Below are positions 37,850 to 51,200 of a stretch of 64,000 nt of DNA, in pieces; positions within the stretch are counted from its first letter, which is position 1, and each line of letters begins with the position of its first letter. Position numbers and translations under genes: made by a program. Source of the DNA: Rhina ancylostomus (lineage: Eukaryota); the NCBI GenBank assembly GCA_030265395.1, contig JARFYF010000119.1, positions 27,621,982 through 27,685,981 of the forward strand. Reading direction: 5' to 3'. The notes under the pieces are model-generated. The model was not told where the DNA came from, did no database searches, and saw nothing but the letters and a program-made list of their open reading frames with translations.

Positions 37850-40200
37850 CAGCAACATTAACATTTATATTTCACCTTTAACACAGTAAAACTTCCCAAG
37901 GCATTTCTCAGGGCAGTTATCAAACAAGATTTGATGCTGAGCCACATAAGATGTTAGGGCAGATAATCACAAGTTTGATTAGAGGTACGCTTTAAGAAGT
38001 TCTTAGAGGAGAAAAGTAACGCACAGCAACTTAAGGAGGAAATTCCAGGGCTTAGTGATGAGCAGCTGAACATACAATTGTCAGCTATGGAGACATTAAA
38101 ATCAGGGATGCTCAAGAGGCCAGAACACTGAAATATTGAGAGGCCTGAGTAGATTGTAGAAAGCGGGTGGACTGAGATCATAAGTGATTTTAAAATCTCA
38201 TTGTTTTCAAATCCAAGACATGATATAGCCAGATGGCAGACTAGGTGAGCAATTATAGGCGTGATAGGTGAAGNNNNNNNNNNNNNNNNNNNNACAGACA
38301 GCAGACTTTTGGATGGCTTCAAGTTCCAGAAGATACAACATAAGACTTCCTGGGAATGCAACACCATAGTTAAGGATGGAGGTAATAAAGATATGGATAA
38401 GGGTTTCAACAATGTGACATAAGACTGTGGTGAAATCAGGCAAACTGACTGAGGTACAAGAAGGTACCTTTTGTGAAGGGATGGAGATGTTTGGGTGCTT
38501 ATTACAAGGTCAAATATAATGTCGAGGCTTCAGGCATTCACCAAGAAGATGGATGGTGGCTTTAATCACAGAATTAAATTTATGGTAGGAACTGAAGACA
38601 AAGGCTATAGCCTTCCTCATATTAAGTTGGAATAAATTTCTTATTCCTCCATCATTAGATATCAGCAGGCGATACGACAATGTTGAGACATTGAGGCACC
38701 ATGTGAGCCTGAGTGTTTCAGCTTAACATAGAGAAACTAAAGTTGCTGGTGGGCAGTTGACAGAGGGACAAAGGATACATGTTAATGACGCAAAACTGGG
38801 AACAGAAGCATTTGCATGTGGCTCTCTGGTTATGATTGGATGCATAAGGATGGAATCAGGTAAGTGCAGTGCTACTCAGCTGGAGAATGGTGGAGAGGCA
38901 TTAAGGAAGGATGGCGTGGTCAGTCATGCCAAAGGTTACAGAGACATCAAAAAGGACAAGAAGGGAAAGGTCAGATTGGAGACACAAAAGATTATAGAAA
39001 CTGGAATCTGGGGCAAAAAACAAACCACTGGTGGTCAGATAGAATATTATTTGTGAGTTTGATCAAAGTGTTTACCTGCTGTGCCTGAGGAGGACCTAGG
39101 GTTCAAATCATCCAGTTCTAGGAAAAATAGACATGGATTTCGAGGTATCAGTGGGGATGCTGGAGAAAGGTTGGGAATTTGCAAGGACAGGGAAATCAAA
39201 GGTTGATTTTTTTTTGATGACAGTGAATTTGAAGGGGAGGGGAGAAGTTCCCGAAGAGGAAACTATTAAAAATATCAACAAATATGTGACCTTGAAGAGA
39301 AGCTGGATACTCATCATTTTAGTGGGAATAGGGCTGAAGGAGCAGGCAGTGGGTGCCAAGACAAGATGAATGTAGAGAATGCATGTGGAGAGGTAGGAAA
39401 GAAACAAGAAAAAGATGCTCATTCAAGTTGCAGCAGGGAAGAACTTTAGAGGAAGTTTAGTTGGGTGGATTGGGGAAGAATAAAGTGGCAGAGGCAGCTG
39501 ATCAGACGCACTGTCTTTCCACTGTCTTCAAGCCTGCTTCCATTTCGTTTCCCCAGTGACTACTGATTCACTGGCAGGATACACAGGAGGAGGCCTGGGA
39601 AGAGTGAGTAAGGAAGAGGTTGGCAAGATTAGCCACTAGCAGGTATGGCAGGTAGAACGCTCACTGAGAATGGGACAACTGGTGGGGTTGCTGGTCAAGA
39701 GGCAGAGGTGAATGCCTTGGTAGGCTCTTTGGAAGATGTCACCTGAGTCACAGAGGGAAAGGTTGGAGTATTGAAAGGCTGAGGAAGAAGGCAATATTCT
39801 AACTGGACAAATCAAATGGAAGCAGACTTGAAGACAGTAGAAAGGGATCCAGGAAGGATTAAAAGAAGACAGGAAAATGTGGAAACAAGTGAGAATCAAG
39901 TCTGAAGCAGCAGTCGAAATGTACAAATACTGGACATGGGAATCCTAACATGGGTGACACAGGAAATAATTAGGATATGTTATATAACCAGGTAATAAGC
40001 AGGAAGTAGAAGCATTAAAATTAGCAGTGCCCTGGTGAGATTAAGGTGATGTAGGCAGAGTAGAATTGACATGGAGCGCTGATGAACTGCAATCCATATT
40101 TGGAGCCAGGTGCGATGCATCAGAAGCAGTTTGAAGGACACATTCGTGGATAATGAGCTGAAGGAAATATTCCTGTGGGAGCAAAGAAACAGGAGTTCTG
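37850..40200 (-). mobile_element. Long degraded L2-type LINE
   Basis: Minus-strand remnants VETLIHIFITSILNY (compare L2 AETLIHAFVTSRLDY) and ..HRT.WLQIW. The 3' tail at ~37850-37910 resembles the DeuSINE tail. Confidence 0.7.
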
Positions 40201-40694
40201 CCAAATTGGTTGTGGCAAAGAAAAATATAGAGAAGGTGGAGATCAACATAAGATCCAAACAAGCGTGGAGAAATGTACTTCAGCCCAGCAGTGAGAGACC
40301 TCGAGCCAGTTGGCAGTGTGCATCGAACAGGAACCACAGGAACAGGATGGGAAACTATCAGAATTACATTGAAATTGAGCAGCAGATCACAGATTCACTT
40401 GCCGTATTCTACAGAGGGCATTCCAGTGCAGCCATTAAGTGTTGATAACCAAGCAAATCTAGAAATTCAGCAGCTATTTTTTATAAAAGATCCAATGCCC
40501 AGTGAGGCCAAGGCCAGGGAATGGGCAGTTTAAACTAGAAACTTATCTTAGTTAGGCCTTACACTGTGGAAGAATGGAGACGAGGGGAGAAAGAACAAAC
40601 AAAGGCAACAGGGCCATGCAAAGCAGTGCATGGTAAAGAGCTCCACAGGTAGCTAAATGTTTAGGACAATATCAGTTACACTTTATTGAGAGTT

Positions 40695-41140
40695 ACCATA
40701 GAACCATAGAACACTACAGCACAGAAAACAGGTCATTCGGCCCTTCCAGTCCGTGCCAAAACGTTATTCCGCTAGTCCCATTTACCTGCACCCAGCCCAT
40801 AACCATCCAGACCGCTCCCGTCCATGTATCTATCCAATTTACTCTTAAAAGTTAAGAGTGAGACTTCATTGACTACATCAGATGGCAGCCCATTCCACAC
40901 TCCCNNNNNNNNNNNNNNNNNNNNNNNNNNNNNNNNNNNNNNNNNNNNNNNNNNNNNNNNNNNNNNNNNNNNNNNNNNNNNNNNNNNNNNNNNNNNNNNN
41001 NNNNCACCTTAAAGCCATGTCCTCTCATACTTATCTTTCCTAATCTAGGTGGAAAGAGCCTATTCGCATTAACTTTGTCTATACCCCTCATAATTCTGTA
41101 AACCTCTATCAAATATCCCCTCATTCTTCTACGCTCCAAG
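40695..41140 (-). mobile_element. Young CR1 LINE 3' end (contains a gap)
   Basis: Translation LERRRMRGYLIEVYRIMRGIDKVNANRLFP…RGHGFKV, and a terminal (catagaac)n repeat. Confidence 0.9.
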
Positions 41141-43187
41141 TTGTGGAATAGATGTTGCATTATGATCTTAGCATTTAAAGGGGTATGATACATTTGTTTT
41201 CTGATATCCATTAGGGTGTCAGCCAGTACAGTAGTTTGTTCTCCCATGAACAATCCTTTCCATCTACCTTCCTTGTCAAATAAAGGTAACAAAGATCATT
41301 GTTACAAAACAAATGCTTCATGTAGGCTGATGGGCAATCACTACAGTATTCTTTGTCCAGTGGCTCAGGCACATATTCATGCAGTAATGTGGACAGTGAT
41401 TTTTATGCTTCCATGGGTATGACCAATGATCTCCTAGGCTTCTGAAAAGGCAACAGTAACTGAACTATTATTACTCCCATATATTGGCATTGTGGTTATT
41501 GACAGAAGTAACCAACACGTTAACCTTTCACAATCAGTCACCTCTTTGCATTGTCTCTTGCATTTCCTGGAAGTAATGGCTGCAATAAATTTGACAGACA
41601 GAATCACCATAATGCTTTTTTCCCTGCTAGAAAATGCATGGGTAAATACACCATCCATTGAAACATACAAATGATATGGAGTTTGACCGTGTCGATGCAG
41701 GAATACTGTTTCCTCTGAAATCAGTGTCTAGCACCAAGAATTACAGTCTCAAAATAAAGAATTACCTATTCAGGACTGAGATGAAATTTCATCTGACGTT
41801 GGATGGAAGTCTTCTTGTAAGGGATGGCACAGNNNNNNNNCTGACTGTTGCTAAACCAAAATCTCTTAGGCTACATTCTTGTCTGAATTCTAGGTAGCTT
41901 TCCCGACCCAAGGAGACCATTGGAACAAACCAGGGTGCAGGGTTAAGCAAGAAAGCATTGGAAGCAGTATCTACATAGCAGCAATCTGTTACAAGTGATA
42001 AACTTGGCACATCTCCTTTTGCTACCAAAAGCCCAGTGACTTTTGGGATTACAACACAGTTCAGATAATGTTCTGGCTACTAGCAAGTGGGGTGTATGTG
42101 TGAAATACAATGCTTTCAACAAGGTAACATTTTGGACAGGAGAAAATTTTTACAGGTCAGGCATACTAGAACCAACAGTTTGTCATCAAAGAGCTGCAGG
42201 CACCTGTTTCATCACAGAGGCAACACCCAGGTACCTGGACAGAAAATCAGACAGTTTAAGTTGTTAACTAAGTTGAAACTCTAGGAAGGGGATGGGCAAT
42301 TAAGAAGCATTGAACAGTGTTGGCAGCAACTGTTGAATTCAACGTGGGTAATCAGTCAGTACATTTTACAAAGTACCTTTAAAAACTGATCACAATTTGC
42401 TTTCCTTTAACCTGCAATTATGTCAGTATTCCTTTTTATTAGTCTTACTTTCTTATTATGTACCTTTATCATCATTACACTCCCTTTCAGTCTGTGGTAC
42501 AGCTCTAACATTACCTGGTTCTGCCCATAAATAAATAAATCACAGTAATACTCATATTTTATCCTTGAGAGGCAAGCATTTTAACACTTCTGCCACTGCT
42601 TCTAGCAGGACCATAGTGGCTGGCAATGATTAACCCTTTGCTGCTCCTAGCTCTCTCCAATTATTGTCAGCTTTGATAAAAACTGTTCCTTCCTTGCATT
42701 ATCTGCACATTATTTCTATGGAAATAGTAAATATGAAATATTACAGTTAACAATGATAGCATTTTCTCCCAACATACACATAGTATTATTATTTGATATG
42801 TTTCTAATTCACCATTTCTTATTCAAAATAAAAATATGTTTGCTCACAACACTCTACTGTGATGACCTTTGTCACTCATATTAAGTGAATATTCAACATT
42901 GCAAGTATCCTTGGGACCAAATTTAACAAACGGAACTCACTATGTTAGCAGGATTGCAAGCTGCAGCTGCTGAATGGCATTGTCCTTGTGGGTCCTCTAT
43001 ATTGTGCAGCATGATTGGCACCTAATACGTGAAATCTATGTGTTTTCAATTTGAAAAATCAAAGGAAATCATAAGGAATTACCAAATGAACCCTAACTTC
43101 TGTAACCAGCAGTCTTCCTTTAAGCAGATTTTATATACTTTCATTAATCAAACACTGAAAATGAAAAAGTGAGAGAGATCAACAAAC

Positions 43188-43214
43188 CTGGTAGCTTCAT
43201 CCCCTTGATCTTTT
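43188..43214 (-). CDS. KCNQ3: KCNQ3 27-nt microexon (human exon 9 equivalent)
   Basis: tcttttttcccctttgttaattttaaAG|A AAA GAT CAA GGG GAT GAA GCT ACC AG|GTttgt; encodes (R)KDQGDEAT(S), compared with human RKEQLEAAS. Same length and phase 2/2. Confidence 0.88.
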
Positions 43215-45529
43215 CTTTAAAATTAACAAAGGGGAAAAAAGACAGTATTAATGCATTAGTCTATAATCAGCCATAGACTGAGATTGTAAAAAGTCTAAAA
43301 AATAAAAATAGAGCTATTGCATAGAATATTTTATATCTTCTATTCAATCATCAAACAAAATAATCTCAATAAACATATTTCATTGCTATCTGTGAAGTGC
43401 ACTATAAATAGTCATTTTCTATCCATCATAGTCAGGATAGAGAATTCATGCAGTAGAATAGGTTTCCAATTGTAAGCCAGATTTTAAAATAAACCAGGTT
43501 GTCAATGACGGACTACTCACATGTTAGACTTCATGGCACATATTGTGAAGGATTGTGACACAACTTGCATACAGAATTGATAACAGAGGTTGTGAGAGTG
43601 TTGTTTGCGGTGCTCAAATTATCCAATATTGCTCCAGCCATGGAGCCATAGAGCCACAGATAAGCAAGTCAGTAATTAATCTACAAGGTGGTGTGGAAAG
43701 TCAGATAACCTCTCATTGGGGTTCCTGCTATTTAACTTGTTATGGATTGAATTGACAGCATCATTTCAAAACACCAGGCAACATATGCTATTGAGGCAAG
43801 GAATGCTGAATATTAATATGGATATGAACAGAGGAAGAAATCTGAAAGGTAATTTAAAAAAATAAATTGGGGTCAAAATGCTTATGAAATGCTGATTATA
43901 ACACAAATAAACAAATAGAACTTGCAATTAATTTTCTTAATTTATTTTCTCCCTCATTCCTTGCTGAGATGAAGTTGTTTTGATGCCTGGTACCAACAAG
44001 AGGTTAAAACCATTCACTTAGATGGACANNNNNNNNNNNNNNNNNNCCTAGTCTACTGCAGCAGACATCCTGTAATCATCTTACCTGTGTACCTCTGGAA
44101 GAGGTTCCAGCCGAAGAATAGGGATTACAGAGCGTCTCCTACCACTTTGGCTGAAATGGATTATCAGAGTTCAGATCAGGAATGAAGTTTGAGGTTCGTT
44201 GGTTGTCTGGCTTACATCTCTCTGAACAAGTTCACTGATACAATTGGAGAAGCTCAAAAGACATTTTAAATGAACTATGATGCACCATTGGAGAGAATGA
44301 AGATGACTCATAACCTCTCTCTCTCTGTTTTCTCTCCTATGTGGTGCTTACAGTGATCATGCTCTGAGACTTACTCAGCCTGTGTTACTAATCAATCCTG
44401 TACTTCTGCTGCCACTACAAAGCAAAGGTGAAAGGAAAACAGAGGGAAAGCTGCATTGATTGGAACAAGTCTCACAGAATATTTAGAAATAGCTTGTGTC
44501 ATAATTGACAACTTATTTCTGACTGCATATAAAATGTAAAAGCTTGAAATGCGATGGAAGTGATGGCACGGTTATTTATGTGCATGCTCTGAGGTTGATG
44601 TTTGTGTCAGATTTTCACCTGCCAAAACCTATTGTATTTTATTTCAACTCCGACTGCCAGTTCTAGTCCCTGCATCCATAGTAACATTATCTGATACTCA
44701 CCCAATCGACACCAGTAGTTTCCGATCCGTGAGTAATATACGCCTCCCACATAAATAACCCATCCTTGGCAGGCGGTGAGGGTTATCTGCAGGTCAGAGT
44801 GCACCAAAAGGCACTACTCCTTTGCTGGCATTCTAGGGAGCCTTAAGTAGTTCTCTTCAAACATACCCCACAAGCTATTTCAGGCTCTTTAAGTAGCTGC
44901 CTGTGAATGTGTTTTGACAGTGCAATTCTTAGTCATAGAGTCAAACAGCATGAAATAAGCTCTTGGTCCCACTGTGTCCATGCCAGCCTATACTAATCCC
45001 ATTTTCCAGCATAGGCCTACAGCCATGACATTTCAAGTGCTTACCTAAATACTACTTAAATGTTGTGGGAGTACCTGCCTCCACCACCCCCTCAGTGCAT
45101 TCCAGATTTCAACTACTTTGCATGAAAAAAGTTACTCCTCCATTACCTTAAACCTATGCCCTCTGTTTATAGATATCTCTGCTAAGTGGAAAAGCTTCTC
45201 ACTACCTATACACATCACATTTCATATACCGCAATCCAGTCACCCCTCAGATGTCTCTGCTCCAGAAGTTCTGGTTCAAGCAAGTCCCACTTTACTTCTT
45301 TTGCCCTCTTCATTCACCTCCAGATACTCGAGCAAGGAGCACACAAGTACAGGTGCTCTCCCAGATGCTGCCTGACTCACTGAGTATTTTCAGTATTTTC
45401 TGTTTTTCAACACCACTGCTATAGGAGTCCATTACAAAAGTGTTGCTGGGAACTCATTAACCTTGCTGACTATTTCAGGCAGTTCAAGCCTTTTCAATCA
45501 GGTGTTCACATCTCACACGTAAAGATTCG

Positions 45530-46073
45530 GTTTGAGGAGATTTGGTATGTCACCAAAGACTTCTATTTCTACACATTCTCAGTGGCTGCATCACTGTCTG
45601 GCATGGACGCTCCAATGTGCAGGATCGAAAGAGGCTGCGGAGGGTTGTCGACTCCGCCNNNNNNNNNNNNNNNNNNNNNNNNNNNNNNNNNNNNNNNNNN
45701 NNNNNNNNNNNNNNNCACCCCTCCCACCATTGAGGCATCTTCAAGAGCCAGCGCCTCAAGAAGGCAGCATCTATCATTAAGGACCCTCACTACCCGGGAC
45801 ATGCCCTCTTCACATTACTACCATCGGGGAGGAGGTACAAGAGCCTGAAGACCGACACTCTATGTTTCAGGAACAGCTTCTTCCCCTCCGCCATCCAATT
45901 TCTGAACGGTCCATGAACCCATGAACACTACCTCATTATTCCTCTTTTGGACTATTTATTTATTTTTGTAATTTATAGTAATTTCTTATGTCTTTATGTC
46001 TTGCGCTGTACTGTCGCCGCAAAACATCAAATTTTACGACATATGTCAGTGATAACAAACCTGATTCTGATTC
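45530..46073 (+). mobile_element. Rex1/Babar-type LINE 3' fragment
   Basis: ILSGCITVWHG…QDRKRLRRVVDSA…LFTLLPSGRRYKSL…FRNSFFPSAI, followed by a 3' (gattct)n tail. Confidence 0.8.
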
Positions 46074-47212
46074 TAAAGGATGACCAGCTTTTTCTTGCCC
46101 TTGCATGATTTTATGATTTGGATCAGGCAGCCCCTGAAGGACTTCCAGAGCCCTTGTAACTTCTCCAAGCCCTTCCTGCTGGGTGACTTCCCATCACCCA
46201 GGGCTAGGTTAGACGAGGAGTTCTTGGACATGAGCACGGATGAGGATTTGGTCAGGATGCCACCTTGGTCGAAGATGACAGCACCCAGCAGCCTTTGTGG
46301 ATGGCAAGATCCAGGTGACAGCCCCAGGCCCCATTGGCTGCCATGCAAGATGCCAGCTGGAGGGTGGCAGGTGAGGAAGCAGGGCGCTCACTCCTGACAC
46401 ACTGAGCATGATTACCATAATGGATCAGCAGTGAACTCAGCCAACTGGGAAATTAAGTTTGGCTAAGACAAACTTGACTTGGATTTTGGATGGATATTGC
46501 TTTGGAGAGGAAGTGATCCCTGTTGTAACTTTGACATGACATTGCTCACAGCATGCAGTAGACAAAGTGCATGAATGTTAATGTGCCTGCTATTAGTGTC
46601 AGGGACCATACCCTTTTCATTATATGTTGCAAAATACTCACACTCTTTTCCTTTAAGAAGACAATTGTATGGAGTCTGGACCTTTTCTGTCATTTCCTAT
46701 TTACTATTAGAATGGATCACACACATGCTTTTCTTTANNNNNNNNNNNTGTATGACTTAGTAACTAATTGTGATACAAACATTGTGTTTCCTTTAAGATC
46801 TTAGACTTACCTATTTTCAAACAAAACATTTGCTCAAGGTGTCTGTGCATAAAGATTATTAATTGGTGACAAATCAAAACTGAGTCTAATCGCCATCTCT
46901 CCGCCTATATTTTCTGCACCTTAGAAAGGAAAGTCTGAATAGATAAGACTCTGCAGTGTGGTTTCCCCTGAGTTCGTACTGATGTCAAGATCTTTTGCAC
47001 ATCGCAAGCAAGCACTGGAAACTCTGGCCTGCAGCAGGCAGAGGCAGACACTCAGAAACCTCATTGAAAGACACAGGTTGTAGAGGAGATTTACTTGTTG
47101 TAATTCATCAACAACTGACATATTGCTGTGCTCCCACCTCAGCTGGTGATTCACTTCCCCAAGGTGCTTACTCATACTCAATATTACAGTCTGCAAACTT
47201 AAGCAGCGTCAG

Positions 47213-47400
47213 CTAAGGCTTAGTTGGCAGCTCTCTCATCTCTGAGTCAGAACGCTGTGTGTTCATCTGGTCATTATCACTTTGCTGTTTGTGGGAACTT
47301 GCTATATGCAAACTAAATGCTGCATTTTCTTACATTACCACAGCGGCTACACCTCAGAAGTCCTTCATTAGCTGTAAAGTGCTTTGGGATGTCCTGATGT
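47213..47400 (+). mobile_element. Internally deleted DeuSINE-like copy (head plus L2-type tail)
   Basis: Head ggcttagttggcagctctctcatctctgagtcagaa joined to tail gctgtttgtggga…gctgtaaagtgctttgggatgtcctga. Confidence 0.6.
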
Positions 47401-47559
47401 CAATTTGCTGACAATTCAAGGATAAGTGGGAGAGGAAACTGTGAGAAGGACACGAAAAGAGACAATAGAGAGTGAGTGCGCAAAAAGTTGAAGATTGTGT
47501 AGAATTAAAAAAGCAATCTGTTAAATAGTATGGAATTAATGAAAGCTGGTGTTCAGATA

Positions 47560-48225
47560 TCTGGGAGTCTTCGCAGAAAGCCAATACATACTTAATTATT
47601 AAGGTGAATGGAACATTAGCCATGTTGTAAGAGAAATGGACTACAAAAATGGGCAACACTTTGGTGAGAGAATATCTGGAGTTCTGCTGACAGTTTAGAT
47701 CTCCGTATTTAAGGAAGGATGCACTTTGCCAGGTAAATCCTAGAATGAAGGAATTGTCTTATAAAGAAAATGTAATTAGATTGAATTTATGCCCTCTGGA
47801 GTTAAGGTAAATGAGAGGTAATTTTATCAAAGATGCACAGATATTTACAGCACAGAAGGATGTTATTTCTCCCATCGCGTCTTTGCTTATTGAAACATAG
47901 AATGGAACAATAGGATAGAGGCTGTGATGTTGTCCCTGGTAGGGGAATCTAGAACAAGAGGTGTATTGCACAGGAAAGACCACTCATATAAGACTGAAAC
48001 AAAGAAGTATTTCTTCTCTCAGAGGATTAGAAATGTTTGGAGTTGTNNNNNNNNNNATACTGTCATTGAACATGTTCAAGACTAGGTTGCTATTTGGAGT
48101 ATAGGATTATGGAGATCAGGCAGGAAGGTGGAGTTGAAATCAACAATCAGATCAGCTGTGACTTTTTTCAAAGAGACGGCAGGGGTAATTATGGCCGACT
48201 CCTGATCCCATTCCTTAGGTTCATA
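47560..48225 (+). mobile_element. Degraded CR1 LINE 3' region
   Basis: ctccgtatttaaggaaggat, ggggaatctagaacaagagg, and 3' stem region …ggccgactcctgatcc…catatgttctt. Confidence 0.65.
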
Positions 48226-51200
48226 TGTTCTTGTAAAAGGTGCTTTTAAGCAAAAGTCCTATTCGCAAACTCTTCAGCCTTACAGAGCTTCGCACTCTGC
48301 ATCAATTCCATCACAAAGTAATGTAGCCAATTTGTGCTGCTAGTTTATGCAACCAAACTCTGGATGTGTTTTCAATTCCTATCTTGTTTTCTCCAAAACT
48401 ATCCATATTGACTTCAGTATACACTCCAATTTACTCCTGTTTCCTGCACGTCTTCTCAGTCCTCGTGCACCACATCTTTCAGCTGTAATTTTTAGATCCC
48501 TCATAGGAACCTTCTCCAACCACACACCCCATCACAAATCCTCCAATCTGGCCACTACAGCCTTTTGCTCAGATTGAGGGTGGAGATTTCAGACATTAAA
48601 TATGCTTAATAAAAACAGAAAATGTTGGAAACGTTCAACAGGTCACGCGGCACGTGCAGAGAGAGGAGAAATAAAGTTTCAGACCAATGACCTTTCAGGG
48701 ATGCATTTTGAAATTTTCTTCTTAAATCTCTGTTTTTTCCTACCTTTAGAATTCACATCAGAAGACACCAATCATGTAACTGACCACCACCCAAGTCTCT
48801 CTCCTTCCTCCCTCAGTCTGCTGACATCGACCACCTCCCCTTAAGATGCTTTAAATAACTTAGTAAATCTTGCTAGCTTATGAAGAACATAATAAAGGTG
48901 CAAAATATTTCAGTTCCATCACAAATATAAACACATTTTCTGTAACAGATGGTTTTAAATTATGCTGTGTGATGTTGATACCTCAACCATTGACTCATTT
49001 GCATGTTTTCCTCCAAATATTAATGAGGTTTAAGTCCCTGAACAAAGTAACAGAAGTTAAACTTCACAGAAAAGTGTTACAGTGCTTCCTGGACCAGATT
49101 TTGCTGCAGGACCTGCCCAGGATAAGCGCCAATGTTGTGTATTTACCAAGTCTGCATCAGGAGGAGTAACCTTACCGACCAACACCTCCTGATGCTGAGC
49201 AGGGAAATAAAGAGTAATGCCACTGCCTCGGGCATTGAAATGGATCACAGGAGGGGGATAGATTAAGCCTGGCCAGCAAAATCACACAGACCAGCAGCAA
49301 ATATACACACCTCCCCCCATCCAGCCCCACTTTTAAAGTCAGGCAAAGTATTACAATAGTCCTGAAAGCCTTTGTTTACCAGAAATATTCAAAAGCATTA
49401 ATAAGTAAATAAATAATCAGAAATATTAAAAATTAAAATTCAGCTATTGCAGTTAAATGTTTGCAAACATGATTGCAAGCACACCTAATTAAAACCCATG
49501 ACTAACCTTATCCTTACCTTCCTCCCCTGCAGCTGTAACATTGTTTAAAAATGAATGGCCCTGCGGATCCTGTGCCGGACTAACCTCGCACAGGCGGCAG
49601 ATTCCCACCATAAATACTGGGGATTCCAGCAAGCTCCTGCTCCACAAATGGAATCCACATGAGTCCAGTCGTAGAAAGCTGCAAGAGATTGCCAGCAAAT
49701 TTGCCAGCATTTGCCACAGCCAACAGAACCCAGCAAAAGCTGGGCCATTACTTAAATAATACAGAAAACATTTTGTAATTCCAATACACATAACAGAACA
49801 GTTTAAAGGAATTCGTAATGGGTGTAGGACATAATTTTACAGACTGTAAGCACCTAAACCTAGAAATTGGATTGTCTAGTGTCAGGTTTCTGTGCATTAA
49901 ACAATTCAATTACACTAACAAAAACAGTCAAAAAGGAAAATAAGGCGCTGCATGGCCATCAATTTTTCTTCTGGTTCCTCTCTGTACCTGACGTCAATGT
50001 ACAGAGGAGCCTGGATACACGCAGTGACATCCAGTAGCATACAACATACATATGGATGTCACTTCCGCGATTCTCATTAACGCATGTGAGGCCCAGGTAC
50101 ACTGAAGGACATTAAAGAGGAAGCAGGTCTTTCAGTGTTAGTGTCAGGTTACATTAAAGGAGACCTGACTGAGCGGCTACCAGGCCATGGAGATTGGCAC
50201 TTGGAAACTGCCCTTTTAAATAACATATTTGTGTGATATGACAGCTCTCCTTTGACTCCCCCACAACCACTCCCCTAGGTTGTGAGGTGCTGACCTAAAC
50301 AAGTTCACCTCTCCCTCTCACTCCTGCACAGCCCCAACCAGCAATCTATCAGCCTGCAGTGCCAACCAGCTACCAACCTCCTGCATGAGCCCACCAACTA
50401 TTTTTCTGCTGTTTCTACTTCTCACCCCAAACCGTGAGCACCAACCTTCTGGTGGACCCTCTCCACCAATTCCCAGTCAATGACTCCCTTATTGATCTCT
50501 GACTGATGACCTTCCCCAACCAATGTCAATTCCCCTTCACAGCTTCCAAGGCCTCACTCTCAGGAACCTACACCCAAAGGCCCCGACTGGGATTTTGTGT
50601 GCAGAGTGAAAAGGAAGGCCTTCTGGCAGGTGAGGCCTGCTCAGCTCTGGATGACACCATGGCACTGGGCACTACTGAATTCTGCATCAGAAGGTTCTTG
50701 AACAAAATGCTTGTGGGTTGGTCACACCCCACCCCATAAGCAGAATTGCTGCATATATTTTTTATAGTTTCTCTTGGATAAAATATTAGCTTCTATTGAC
50801 CATTCTCGACAGTCTTCCTGATCCATTGTGGCAAGTGAAATGAAGTTGCCTTCACAGTCATATTAGGTAGGAGTACCAGGTTATAGACAACTGGAAACTG
50901 AAAGGGCAGTAATCTATTTCTGAGTGAGGATGGTGTGTAACTTGCCTATGTGGCTGTTTTGCTTGCCCTTCTACCCATGGCCCACTGGTGGTGTAGGGAA
51001 AATACGATTAAAATGGTGGCAAGGATACCAAGCTAGCAGGCTGATTTGTAGATCATGGAAAGGCACTGGGGTGTGAAGAGGTGATTCACCCATTACAGGA
51101 TACTCAGCCTCTGACCTCTTCCTATAGCCATGACATTTATTTGCCTAGTTCAGATAAGCTTCAGGTCAATGGTGACCTCCCCCCACCCACCCCATGGAGG

